Assembly (NCBI GenBank): GCA_024704765.1
Contig: JAKMXF010000343.1
Location: 620,001-684,000 of the forward strand
DNA length: 64,000 bases
Origin: Oopsacas minuta
Taxonomy: Eukaryota > Animalia > Porifera
Direction of reading: 5' to 3'
This document shows, piece by piece, positions 38,301 through 53,300 of the stretch (its first letter is position 1; the number at the start of each line of letters is the position of its first letter). Both the position numbers and the translations under genes were made by a program. Below the pieces are notes generated by a model, which saw only the letters and a list, made by a program, of their open reading frames with translations, did no database searches and had not been told where the DNA came from.

Positions 38301-41300
38301 CTTCCTGATAATTGATTCGTATCTACATAATATATTCATACATCTATATTCTATTCACTTGGATTTTATTGTTAATACTCACTACCTACATTACTGTTAA
38401 AGTCCTACCACTAGGTTTGCGATTATACTCTCTATACTAAAATCTTAGATTTCATCCAGCTTGAAGGAAAATTCTCTACCATAGACTACTATATGTTTTT
38501 TTTTTAATATTTACAGACTAGCCGTTTTGCTTGCTCGCGCTGCACGGCTTGCGAACACTTTGTGTTTTCATGAGACTCGTGCCTCGAATTTAGCGGAGTA
38601 TAAAATTGAAAAATAAATAATAATTTTATCTTCATAAAAATAAACTTTATTTGTACTCTGTTACTCCAATGTAGCTGTTAAGAGCAAGTCTCTATGTATA
38701 TTTGTTTTTTATGAATATAAAGTAAACAAATAAATTTCAAATGGTATGTAGAGACTGCTCTTAACTGCTACATTGGAGTAACTAAGTACGCTGAATCTGA
38801 ATTTCGCATTTTCAAGTTTCACATATGTATATTTTATTGTTTTTATGAGTATATAGTAAACAAATAATTGAAATATTTATTTATTAATTCATTTTGCCAT
38901 TTTATACTCGAGTCCCATGAGCAAGCGAAACGGCTCGTGGCACTCGTGGTAAGAAATAGATATGAAGCCATACTTGTAGTTGTCAAGTCTCACGGTTTCG
39001 AACACCGTCTCATTTTCTTTTGTCTTCTCACTAAAATTTTGGGAAAATGAAGTTATTACACTGGTTCATAACGAAATACGCCCAATTCGCCATTATGGCG
39101 GGTAGAATTGATGCTAGACTTCCATTTCTTTTCAAAAACTTGCGAAATTCAATTGATCCTACGCAAATCTCACAGATAGATTTTCCAAAGGTTTACACCC
39201 ATGCATACTCAAAGAATTCTTCTCTGAAGTAGAAGGCTCCTAGAATTTATCATTCAGTAAAATCATATTATCATTGAAAATTAAGAAAGATGTACACAAG
39301 CATTTTGAAAGATTTATTTGCTTGAAACTATTGGCACAATTAGCTCCAATAAAAAATAATGCATTATAATCAACCACTAGATATCGCCCCAATCACATAT
39401 TGTGTAAACAGAGGAGTAGCTAGTACCACACGATGGTTGTCAGTGGCGGAACTAGGAATTATATTTAGCCGGACACAACAAAGCATCTAATAATTAACCC
39501 ACAATTTGACCCTAAATCAATACAAATATTATGAGATGGGATCATGGAAGTAATTGTGTTTCTCTAGAGAGCTCGAAGTGAGTTGTGATTTGTCATTGTA
39601 AGAGTGTGTAGCAGTCATAGGCGTAGAATAATTGAATTTGCGCAGAAAAGTAGGAGGTCAATATATATTCTGCCATCTACAAGATGCATTCAAAACAGCC
39701 ATCAAAATTGATGTACCCAGAGAGCAGAACTTTCTATCGATTTGAATGATCAAATAGGACTTCATGCATTACCGAGGGTGGGCTCACACATATGTTTTGT
39801 ATTAGCTCTGCTGTAAGTCGCTCACGGAATATTCGTCTCACAGAAACATCCTAACATGTATAACCATTAATCTAGAGTAAACCCTCTCCAACCAAGCCAG
39901 GAGTACATTACCTAGAACATCATCCAAGCCGGTAGTATATACCACAAATCCATGGTAAATCACTATCACCAAGGCTCCAATTATTCAGTAGTGCCATAAA
40001 ATGACATAGAACATAGACGAATTTTCTGAGGCGCGAATATTCGGAAAAGGAAGCTATATCCAGTGGTACCTAGATTTTACGACTTAGAAGGTATTTTAAA
40101 GAGAAACAAGTTTTCGCTACTACCAAACTCCTGATTTTCAACTCAATTAGTGAAACAACTTTGTTATTAAACTCATATCATAACTATTGCTTATTTATTG
40201 ATTCTGATTGTATTTATTAGCATTGTTTGAGTGCTGTCTCAAATCTTGGAACGCATCCCACTATTCACATTAAAATAGTCGTTCGTGAATTTGTTGTTCG
40301 TGACAATTTTCACGTAACCCCCGCGAACGGCGAGGGATACCTGTTTAGTAAACCTGCGATCAGCGACAACTTTCTTCGGAACGCCGGGTAGTAGTACAAG
40401 ACAGGTTTACTGTATTAGAATGAATTATTCAAATGTCTATATTGAATAAAATACGAGTCTTCTATTGAATAATTGACTCCTCTGGAGTCTGGACCCATCA
40501 GTCCTATCCGCCTTAGTAACTTATTTATTTCTGTCTGTATTCATATTAATCGGCTTTTGAACTGTGAACAATGGACAAACATATTAGGTAGTAATTTCAT
40601 TATTGTTTATATTTGATTTTTGTATCATTTATCTACTTCAGGATTATGATGAATCATAGCTTAATCATAGCCTCCTAAAGATAAGGCCTGATCACTACTT
40701 TTGACTAGGGGTAAATTGAAGTGGATATATTTTGATGGGAAATTCTTTAATTGCCAATGATATTAAATTGGTACATTTTCAACCGACTAAATGTATTATT
40801 AATATGTCAGAGTTCACAAAAGCCACATTTGCGAAATTTCAGAGCGAAATGGTGTGATAAAGTTGGTACTTTTCTGAGTTATTGCACAGACCATGGATAC
40901 CACATGTTTTGTTAATATCCTTTATAACTCGATAATCGTTACAGTTATGGTAAAATCAGCACGGCCAATATATTATATACACCTGATTTCCCATATCCTT
41001 GTAATACATTTTGATATGATATCTCTTACCAATATGACGTAATCATGAATATGCCCAGATATGGTCATTTTTGAGATTAATCTTTAGGGATATCATTTCA
41101 AAATATATTACAAGGGTATGGGAAGTTGGGTGTATACTATAAAATGGCTATCCTGATTTGACCATAATTTCCGCTATTATCGAGTTATAAGATGATATTA
41201 ACAAAAATACTTGCAATCCATGGTCTGTCCGATAACTCAGAAAGATTGGGACTTTATCATAACAAATTTTTAATATTTGGTACAGATACGGTTTTAGCTC

Positions 41301-44300
41301 ATTTGGTATTTCAACATTTTGAACATTGATTAATAATTACCATTACACATGGTTTCAAAGATGGAACATTTTTAATACATATTTGCCAATTACGTTGACA
41401 GATCACTCACTTCTATCTGTAAATCTTCACAAATGTGGCTTTTGTGAATGCTTGCATATCAATAATACATTTACTCGGGTGAAAATGTACCAGTTTCTTA
41501 TTATCAACGATTATAGAATTCCCCATCATAATATATACACTTCCTTTTATCCCTGGTCCAGTGAAAATTGACTCAGTGATCAGGCCTTATCTTTATGCAG
41601 GCTATGGATGAATTTATTCAGGATTGTTGTACGTATATACTAAATTGTGTTAATTTACTCCCTTTTCTTATTATATCAGCTATGCTCACCCTGGAAACGT
41701 TTGGGAAAGATCTGATTTTCTTATTTTCCTGAAGAGTTCACAAAAGGTAACTATCTATGAACCAAATCTCTTTTATTTACGATTAATCTATTCCCTACTA
41801 TTTCTAGTGTGAACTGTTTCTTTGTATTTCACAGTATAGTAGTGTACTACTTTACCCACGTTCTAAGATTTCTTTTAACAAATATTGCCATTTGATAACC
41901 TTACACTTATGTGTAGCTTGGATACTAAGAGTCTAAAACTGTTAATTTTTTACTTTTTAGCGTTGAAACCTGCTATGATTATCTCATAAGTAATATCACT
42001 ATCGTAGTTGTTCTAATTCAGGTAAATTTTTTAATAATTTCGTGTTCCAGTTGCGCCATTATTTTGAACCAAATAAATATGATTGGTTCCAGACTCGCTA
42101 ACATAGGACGACTCCTAACTGATTAGAGCCCTGCCAGATACTTCTTTGCAGAGCTACACAAGTAGATAAATAGAAACATGGCCACATACTAAATACTACT
42201 ACTGACAACTACCAGTTCCTCTTCTCAGCCTCAAATTCTTGACAAAATGTAATTATAAGCTCTAATTTTGACAATGTGCAACTGTATCTATAATTATGTA
42301 AGCGCTCCAAAAAATAATTATTCCGTCGGGGGCGCCTTTAATAGGACGAGGGCGCTTACCCTAGAACGGAGCCTGAATTAGAACGAATACGGTATATCTA
42401 AGCTTTAGCATGTAGATCAAGGTTGTACAAATATCGACAGCGGGAAAACCTCCAATATCGATACGATATATCAGGAAAATGTTCGATATCGATAAATATC
42501 GAGAATATTTTGAAATATCGAAAATGTCGAAATATCGAAAATGTCGAAATATCGGAAATTCCTCCAATATTTTCCAATATATTTTTTCTTAATTCTTGAA
42601 AGACTAAGTGAATTATTTAGTCCTTCAATAATTACTTATGTACTTTCTCTTCAGTGTGCAGATATAGATGAAAGTATGGTTGATGAGCTTATTGACAAGT
42701 ACGAACCTACTGGTGTCAAATCTGAACACCGACTGTCTCTAGATGGTAATTATTATAGACTTTGACTTTTTATGTCTTTTTAAACAAGCTTAGTTAATTT
42801 TACTCTCATTATTTTTTCTTCATCTTTATTTTCAGTGTATTTTTATTCATATTTTTCATAGGTTTGACTAATTTCCTCTTGGATCCTAAACAATTTGTGT
42901 ATGATCATCGTCATAGAGAGGTTCATCAAGACATGTCTCTTCCCCTTTCTCACTACTTCATTGCATCTTCTCATAACACGTTAGTTGCTAGAGGTCGCAA
43001 GCTAGGGCTGGGTTCGGGATTCTGGTTGTTGGGCCCTGCCGGGCTTCGGGCCTATAATTTAGGGCTCCGCACATACGGCCCATTAGATTTCGAAATATAT
43101 TCCTTCATTTCTTGTATTATCATCTAATCACAGTTTCTGATCGTATCATCTAATCTCGTTCATAATTTTTCATTCAATTTTAGACTATGTTTTCTAAATT
43201 ATGTTGTAGCGTGCGTTGAGCCGGGCTGGGTTTCGGGTCTCTATGCATGCCTCGGGTCAGGCGTGAAAGTCGCCCCATTCCGGCGTTATTAGTTGTTAAT
43301 ATTCTTATTAGCAATAATTCTATCTTACTTGGGTAGTGTTGTCCAGAATAACATGTAACTTGTTTATTGCCCAGATTTCAGGAATAGCTATAACTTCATA
43401 ATTTATTACGCATATGACAGTTATAGTTATGTTGCAATTACACTGCGACAGTTACACCATGTTTCCCTTCTATATGTCGAGATCAATTTCATTAATAGTT
43501 GTGATAGTATTCTCAGTTTATTGTTGCTAAGAATCTTTTGTCATGAAGTTTAGCTAGGCTCTTCTATTTTTTCACAATGATACAACCTATAAGGACAAAA
43601 TGTACAAATAGAATGTTACTCAACAGAATGGGACTGATAGCGTGCAGGTTCCACTATAGACCCCTGCCCTTATATGATTTAATCCTTTATATTTATTTCA
43701 TTTTATTCATCCTCTCTAGCTATTTGTTGGAAGATCAGATCCGAGGACCTTCTAGTGTGGAGGGCTATATCAGATCCTTGCGGTCTGGATGTAGATGCGT
43801 TGAGAGTTAGTTTTAATTTTCTTTAGTACTTTGTTAATCTTTATTATATCAAACAAGTGAATAATTTGCATCTTGATCCCATAGCTACGTAACTGATATA
43901 TTAAATTGATTAGTTCTATTATAACTAACTTGTCTACTGATCTCTCCCATCTGTACATTCAGGGTATTTTTATTTCTGTATTGAATACATTGGACTATGT
44001 TTAAGCTGGACACATTCTAGGAGGGATTCATACCAGGATGAGATATATAATTAATCGGGAATTCCTGCTTGACCAATTAATTGGACGAGCATGAATCATA
44101 CATACTGTTTAACCCGATTTTCACTCGGCCGAAATTTCTAATAGCGGCCCACAACCGAACTCTACTGACTTAAGTTCCATTTACATAACTATTCCCTCAT
44201 TGACAACGCAAATAAAATTGTACAGGGGCGGGCCCTGCCAGTGCTGTATCACCTCATTTTGAGTTGGCAAAAAACTCATTTTTTCTACCATCTCATTTTA

Positions 44301-47300
44301 TAACCAAGAGTTAAACTCGGAAATAATGAGTTTAAAAATTATAACTGATGCATTGCTGTTACGGCGGATGCAAAATACACATTGTTACATCATTTCCTTA
44401 GATGATTCCCAATTCTTAGAACAGATAATGTACCTACTTTTCATATCTCCAGGACCGATTTGCGTTGTCAACCTATTCAACTCATTCATTCAATTCATTC
44501 AAGAAAATGAAGTCGTAATTTGCTGGCCCGGCCCGCGTGCAACTCTGTATCCAACCCTCCCACCTTTTTGAGATTCTAATATCAATTATTGGGGAATCTG
44601 TATAGATAATAGACAATAATGTATTACATTAACTAAATAACATATTGATTGTTATAGTTAATACTGATATTATTGACTTCGTAGATGACAAATTCAGAAG
44701 CTATCCTGGCCGAAATAAAGTTTTGCAATTTCCTGGATTAGAGGTGAAATCCCGCGGTAATCCAGTAAATCCCTGGTTACATAATCCGCCTGGTTAGAAA
44801 TCTCGATTTGAGTTGTCCTCTAGGTTAGACAGTATGATTTCATCAATACTGATCATTTAAAGAATATGTATGCTACTAAAATATGAGATTAATTGTTTCT
44901 TTCAATGAATTGATGCTAACTAATAGCTTTTAATCATATTTTGTTTAGGATGAATTATATTCTGTATTTTCTCTTGAAGAACTATTTGTATTTATTTCAT
45001 CTTTCTTCAGTGGATGTTTGGGATGGCCCGACAGGATCACCTATCCTCTATCATGGACATACTTTCACCAGCAAAATATCACTAGAAGATGTTCTCAAAG
45101 CTGTTGATGAACATGCATTCGTCTGCTCTCCGTATGTTATTCTTCTTTTCTTATCCTTAATTTTATTCAATAATGAGAAAGTTTCTATTATTTAGCATAA
45201 TTTCTCTCCTGCTGACAATAATTATTCTTACGATTTATACTAGTATTTATGTAGTAAGGATATCCGAATCTACTCTACTTTCCATCGCTTTGTTCTAACC
45301 ATTCTTACCCATGGCCTACTTAATATATGGCTATGTATCCCCGCCGGGAAGGCCAGTTTTATTATTCTCATTTAAAAACTAAGCTAAACCTCTTATTAAT
45401 TAAAATTGAACTTTCTTAGGGTTTCTTGATATGAAGAATCCATTGCGACCTCTAAAATTCAAACGTCCACTTCATTTCGTTTAGCCGCAATTAGAATCAT
45501 GACATAAAAATTGATAATTTTACGCAATCACTGATCTAAAATATCATTTTTTGTTTTTTGTATTTCCCATACTTTGTTGTAATAATATCTTTATTAATCT
45601 ATTCTTAATTCTTATAAGCTTATTTGCGTTAAAAGAATTCATCACTAAAATTTCATAAATTTATTTCAATTAATTCATAAATTAAGATTTGATTGGTTTT
45701 ATTTTGTCCAATAAATAAATCTCAAATTTTAATTACCAAAAGCTTTGTTGGACTTTTATTAATTTATTGTGGAGAATATGAAATGAACAAACAAACACTG
45801 ATTCTGTAAAATAATACATTAAAATATGTATTTCTCATTTCTAGTTACCCTGTATTGATCTCTATTGAAAATCACTGTTCTATCGACCAGCAGACTACGA
45901 TGGCTCATATGTTCCAATCTATTTTTGGAGAAAAGCTGTATATAGGGGCAGTAGATGAAACTTTAGACGATCTACCTTCACCTGAGTCTTTCTTAAACAA
46001 AATCCTAATTAAGGTGAATGTCATGCCTCCTGATTATATTATACAATAGAACTCGGTTGGTACCTACTCGGTTTAAGGCGTAGCAGTTACGTATTTTCTC
46101 CCAAACTGTTTTCTATTTACCAGGGATGCTAATCCAATCCAATCGAGACAATTATCGATTGTCGATTGGCGTCTGTATATTTCTAATCGATTGGATATTT
46201 ATCGACGAATATACATCGATATTTTTCGCTACTTTCCAATGGAAATCTCTTTAATTAACATTAAAACTTATTAGTATGGTTATCGCTTAAGCTTTTGCAT
46301 TTTGTAATTATTAACTATATTCGTATAAATATTCGATGAACTTTCATGAATTTCTCGATTTTCGATATCGATTAGATAGTCAAGGAAAATATCGATTGCT
46401 CAAAATTTGATTGATTGGATTGGATTGTTATCCCTGCTATATACTAATTTGGAGTTGTTACATGCAGTTTGCCCCTCTTCCCAAATACTTGATTATTATC
46501 GTCCATACAATCGCTACATTTGAATTTCGATCAAGGCCAGATATTCAATTAGAATTTAAGTAACGATTTCCAGGCAACTATAGATCATTTTGTATTGGAT
46601 ATGCAATAGTACTCGAATAAGACGCACTCCTTCAGGAAATTAAAATGAAAAGGAGTACTAAAAATTTACCACTTCGTTTTAACCAATTCCCGCACCAATA
46701 CGAGATTTTAGCACCTTTTTGACGTCATAGAATCATACATTTTCACAGCAGTATTAGGTTAAGCGAAACCTTCTGTTTTGTGGATTTACAATAATTTATT
46801 TGGATTTCTCGCAATGAAAATTGAGTGATAAACATGTTACTGTTCCTTATTCTTTATACGTTTAGGGTAAGAAATTGAAAGACGAAACAGATATTGGAGA
46901 TGTGTCAGATGAAGACGAAGCATCAGAATTAGTCACACCTGAAGAAATAAAAAGACAGGTTAAGAAGCAAGAAAATGATCAAGCTAGCAAAAGTCCACCT
47001 TCAGCAGATCAAGGATCACAAGGGGCAACGGCTCCTCAGAGGTCTAGCGGCTCTTCTGTTCCTACGAAAATTGATTCTGGGAGTCATAATGTAAGCATTA
47101 ATCTCATTATGTTTTGTCAGCTCAGTATATTACAGTGATCCTTAACCTCTTCGAACTGCGGCACAATTACCTGATCTATAATTTCCAGACGAACACTTCC
47201 ACTGCTGATTTAAATTTTTATGCATCTTCCAAATCTCCCGAATTTTATTTACGGTTTCGAGTATGGTGGGGCTACATAGCTTGAAATTTGCTACAATTGT

Positions 47301-50300
47301 TCATTTTATGATAAAAACACCAAATTTTGTACATTTGTACATGAGCGTATCATAAACATTATTGGATATTTAGGCATTTGAAATGGTACATATGTTGGCC
47401 ATGGTTGCTGTCCGAAAATTTTGATCTCCAATAGAATTCACCATAATTAACCTTATCAATAATTTCTTCATACTAGGTTAGATCTTTTTTATTACTGAAT
47501 TCGGATTCAGCGTAAAATTCTACGTCGTTTGAGTGGTCACTCGAATATTGGAAATATTTTTCCCAACCTACGCAGGGATGTGGTAACATTCCATTCTCAA
47601 AATTTTATAATCCCACCGAGTGATCCCTCTTACTATAATTACAATATATAAGATGTAAATCATGCTATTTGACCAAGTTTTAAATGTTACTGTCATGAAC
47701 GATTTGTTATTTTAAATTGTCTAGAACTACTTAACATGGTCAATTACAGAAATATACCTTGTTTGGATGATGTATTATCAAATGTCTATTCATTGGGGAC
47801 TCTATGCATTATATTAAACTGTTACATGTGTGTCTCTGCAATTATAATAAAAAATTCTGTAATAAAACAGAGAATGACATCATATCTATAATAAATACGT
47901 GAAAACTGGCAAGAAAATATAAGGTCGGGGGGCGATCCCTTAAAATAGTATATGAATATATTTGGAGGGTGGATATGTTTAAAACTAGACTCAGCTAGCC
48001 TAGCGCCGTCGAAAGAGGGTCGAGGGATCACCCGGTGGGGTTAGAAAATTTTTGAGAATGTTATGTCGCAACATTCTTGCGTTGCTATGGAAAAACTATC
48101 CCCAAATATATTTGAGTGACAACTCAAACGACGCGAAATTTACGCTGAACCCAAATTCAGATAATTGACCCCTTTAAAACCTTCGTACTATGTGATCTAA
48201 CATAGTATGGAGAAGTTATTGTTAGGGAGCAATTATCTGAATTCTATTGGAGGTTAAATTTTGTGGACGAGTAATGATTGAAGTTGTCCTATTGCACTCG
48301 CATACTATCCTCAGCACTTATAATCTTGAGCAAAGTAGTACTACAATAAGAAAGATTCAAATGTAACCCTGATTGAAACTGTCTCTCAGATAATTCTATT
48401 ATTTTGGGTAATTATTAGTTTATAACTATGCTTTGTATTCGGTCAGATATTCATAGCCGATTTTTTCATACATTTATCTTTTTAGTACATTTTTTAGAAA
48501 AAAATCAAACTCTCTGTTAAGCTCTCAAAAGTGGTTAACTATATCCAGGCTTCACATTTCAAAGGATTGGACAAATCGCTTAATCATGAGAGTACGTTCT
48601 ATATTTTCGAGTACTCACATCCATGCTTGTATTTTTACTTTATTTTATACTATTTTATTCTTCTAGCTAAGTATTATACCATGTCTTCTTTCAGTGAGCC
48701 TAAAGTAGAATCTCTAATGAGTAAGGAGGGATGGAAATTTGTAGAATACAACAAACGTCAGATAAGTAGGATATACCCGAAAGGATCTAGAATTGATTCT
48801 TCTAACTATAACCCTGTCCCTATGTGGTATCATGGAAGTCAAATTGGTAAGTTTTATTTTTGTTGAAACAAATTTATTCGGGGGCTATTCATTTGTTCAA
48901 AAATCTGAAATTGTCATTTGTTCGACAAGTATTTTCTATGGTGTCATTTGTACTTCTGGGCCTTGAGAGTTGGCAGGAAGTTACCTCCACCTCCTACTTG
49001 TTGCTAAGCTTTTATAACTCACTAAGAAAGTGATAGAATTGGAATTTTCTTGGATTATCTAACTAGATTGCATTTAGCAGAGATTATGAGCATTTCTACT
49101 CACTATTTGGGTAGCAGTTGTTGTTTTTTATAGCATTATTGTTGTATCTTGGCCTTGAGAGTTCGCCAGAAATATCTCACATATTCCGCATTTCTTATAT
49201 CCTCCCAGAACCAATTCAAATTGATTGGATTGCACTAATTCTCCCATAAAACCGCTACACGAAACACAACATGCAATCTAGTTCGATAATCCAAGAAAAT
49301 GATGATACAATCACCTTTTAGTGAGTTATAAACACATCTAGCAACAAGTAGGGGGTGAAAGAAACTTCCGGCCAACTCTCAAGGCCAAGATCCAACGATA
49401 ATGCCATGAAAATCCACAACTGCTATACAAATAGCCTTAAAATACAAACTTCAGATTTTCGAACAAATAACAGCAAACAAATTCGAACGAGTGAAAGCGC
49501 TCCCTTAATGGGTAATTAATGAAGCTTGACCATCAGGTAATCATTTCACTTATGTAACCAGAGACAGAACCATGCAATTTATTTTCAATACCTCGGGTTA
49601 ATCGGGTGATTCGGATCAACACCTTCATCGTCATATCTATTTATCTGCTTTATTCATTAACAAGACTTGGATTAATGGAGTTTACCTTATTTTGATCTCT
49701 TGCATAGCTTTGTGTTCCTAAACATCATTCAAGAGTGTATTGTTCATAAACGAGAGAATTCATTTTTCTTTCCCAATTTTCTATTTACATTGCTATATCC
49801 TTATTTTATTTGTAGATATTATTAGTATTTGATATTTTCATCATTGCGATTGTGGCACTTTTGTTTCATATTTTGTTTTTATTTCTAGTTGCTCTAAATT
49901 ATCAAACGAATGGAGAAATAATGGATATCAATAATGGATTTTTCAATCAAAATGGTAGATCTGGCTATATTAAAAAGCCTGCTTGTTTGAGAGAGAGATT
50001 TCTTGCGTATGATCCGTCTAGCACAAATACAAGAGGTGTTCCGGGTGTTATAGGAAGAAAGTACACCATCGTAGCAATTTCTGGACAACAACTACCAAAG
50101 CCATCTAGCTCAACTCGAAGATCGGAGGTAAATTTAGTTTCAGTAATAATTCCTATTTTCTCTTTTGATTTTAAACAGAATTTTATTTCAATTATTCAAA
50201 TAGGGGAACCTTACATCCGAAATTTTTTGTTAGTATCTCAGAATTTCTAATAGCAATCTCGATCGGCAAAATTAAGTAAATCCGATTTCGACTGTATTCT

Positions 50301-53300
50301 TTTGAACAAGTTGTATAGATTTTGTAGTAATCGGTGCATAGAGTACAAGTTTCTAATAGATCTCTGTTTCTCCAATTGTATGTTATATGATTTATTCGTG
50401 TACATTCTTATTCCTAGGTTATAGACCCTTATGTCCAATTTACAGTTTATGGACCTGGAATGAACAATCTCACTTTTAAGACTAAGATGATTTACGATAA
50501 TGGGTTCAACCCTAACTGGAATGAGACATTTACTTTTGAAGCAAAATTTCCTGAAGTCAGTCTCGTCCGAATTGTTGTCTTTGATTATGATCGACTAAGT
50601 AAGTATCCGAACTTCTAATCTCCGGGCATGCCTTCCCCTTCATAATTACATTATACTTTGTATAAACAACCTCAAATTTCAAGAATGTTTTTACATAATC
50701 CCTTGGTGTTCGGATAATCGAGTTTGCATCTTATTTCGAATATTTGTTCAGCTTTTTAAGCTTTTTGGTTCAGCTTCTAGCTTGAAGATTCCTGAATAGC
50801 ATAAACTTCATTATGTGACTGGTACCTATACTTTTTGGGTAGAGATTTGCTCCCTAGGGTATTAATTATAATCTATCCTCTATTCAATGTTAAATTCTAA
50901 AATATGCTCACAATTATATTCACAAACTGCACCACAATCCCTTACTTGGCCACAATTCTATACATAATTCATTTTTCCTTTACAGGCGAAGATGATTTTA
51001 TCGGTCAGTTTACAGTTCCCATCAACTGTTTAATGCCTGGGTACAGACATGTTCCTCTTTTAACCAAAGAAGGAAACATTATAGAATTTGCTTCTGTATT
51101 TTTACACATTACAGTGGAAGATGAACGTATAAACTTCAAGAGGTTTGTTTCATTTCTAATTGAGGATAAATATATTTATTTACCTCACAACTAATACTTC
51201 ATTATATTCGACCATATTGAAGGTCGCCCTACTCTTTGCATATATTTTTGGGTATTTTATTTTCTAGCCATAGGCGTAAAAGTACCCATTCTGGGGGTTT
51301 CAGTTCAGGCTCCTCTGGTCTGGGATCTGGTTCCGGACCCCCTCAGGTTTTGTTGAAAATTTGGAAAGTTTTGCGCCCATGTTTCTAGCACGACCTTCAT
51401 ACTCAGAAATACGACATTTATGTTAGGAGTTTGTGTTCGGACCCATTACTGTACAGGGGGAGACAACACCGATTATCCATTTTGTAGTATAAATATAAAT
51501 ACTCTTACTTACAGTAATTAAAAACATTGGCTAGCTCGCGGCTCACATATTAGCCAACAGATAGGTATTTAGTAAGATCTAATTGCCCACCCCCATATTA
51601 GTGAAATCCCCCGCCCTAATGTTCATTTTATTATGCCGCTGAGCATTGTTCCATTTGTTTATAATACTAATAGCGCGCATCGCTTGCTAGGTAGCTGCGT
51701 GACAGCTTAGCGTCTCAGGTTAGCTTAAGTATTAAATAGCAAAATTTCTTAGTGCAATTGGTCGCGATCAGATATCCTGACACTACTTGCCTAGAATATA
51801 TAAATAGGAAAGTTTTAAGATTTTATTATCCATGGTCCTTCCGAATTACATTTAATGGTCTTCTGTGGTGACATTAGAGCTACTACGTCGCTCTTACCTT
51901 TTGGATAGTAATCTCGGACCTTCATGCCTCGGGTATTAAGACAGACTAAAAATTTTCGAAATTTGGCGTGACATTGATTATTTATACAGTCATGATGACG
52001 TAATAATTCTATGATGAGTTTGCATTTGGGCACAATCATGGAGTCAGGACATTTGACTTATTGAGGGGTACCTGTGGTTCAATTTTCAAACTTCTATCAT
52101 GTATATTGGTTGAGCAGTGGTTTTTAATTTTAATTTTCGAAAATCCAAAGAAGTGACAATTTCGTCATAATTGCGTCATAGGTGTAAATCAAACTTGTGC
52201 GAGCCAGACCAAAATACTCCTGTGAAATCAGCCCTCCGATTAATCGCTTTTTAATAGTATAGATACAGTATACGGCTAAGTCTGCCTACTAAGAAGAGTG
52301 GTTAATGCTAATTTGTATAATACGCGTATACCATATAATCTAGGGCTTAACTAGCATTGAAGCAGAAGGCAATTGCCTCCTCGCTTTTTCTGGTGTTGCC
52401 TCATCTCCCTATTATATCAGCCTTATATTGAGGAAAATATCCTTCCTTGCCTACTCGCTCTGGAATCTCTAGTTAAGCCCCAGACAATACGTATTTTTAA
52501 ACGTATAATACGTTATACGTGATCTTTGTAACGTATTACATCTAGATTAACCTCGAAGAGATTTGTACCGTAGGGTATTATGAGATTTTGACATTGTTAG
52601 ACTTGTATGAATCACATTATTATCAAATATTGTATAATTTTGTCAACTATGCTGAGATTTCTCATTAACAATTCGAAAACTACTGTTTTGATGCAAATAT
52701 TTATTGCAGAAATCAGCGTAATAGAAATTACGTCACCAAAAACTATAGATTGAATGTAAAATACGTATTATATGTAATACGTCTTCATTGAAAGACGTAC
52801 TAAACAATTTGGGTTAAATGTATCCGTATCCGTTGTTCAAAGGTGGCTACTCTACAAGTACATAGGTTACAAAATGTTGATTCTAACTGTAGGAGGTTTC
52901 ACTTTCCGCTATTGTTACATGAAGAGATATGGAGCTTCACTACTTAATAACTTTTTACTCTGCCGACTATACTTTTACTGATTCAACTAACTTGGTACAC
53001 AATCGCTAGATTATGGGAAAGTAATTATCGACACAATAGACACAATTCGCATGACGTCATAAACCGCGGAACATTTGACACGCGAATAACTCAATAGCGA
53101 TAATAGCTAAAGTAATACTTCCAATTGATGAAGTGTAGAATAGGTTAGGATGGACAGAATTATGACGTCACCATGGTGGTGCTGCTGACCAAGCAAAATT
53201 TTTAAAAAGTTAGATTTCGAAAAATTACAGAAAAGTTTGGACACATTCACAAAAGTTTTGTTATTTTTTGCAAAGTCAACATGACGTCACGGAATATTAG

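Noticed and set aside
39560-40010. Higher-GC stretch in intron 6 that might be a transposase or second nested-gene relic
   Set aside because: All six frames are interrupted and no catalytic motif was recognised.
51815-52039. 74-aa minus-strand ORF with Cys/His residues ([10 protein letters not shown]...KCN)
   Set aside because: Only a vague likeness to zinc-binding or endonuclease VII motifs; the key ligands are missing.
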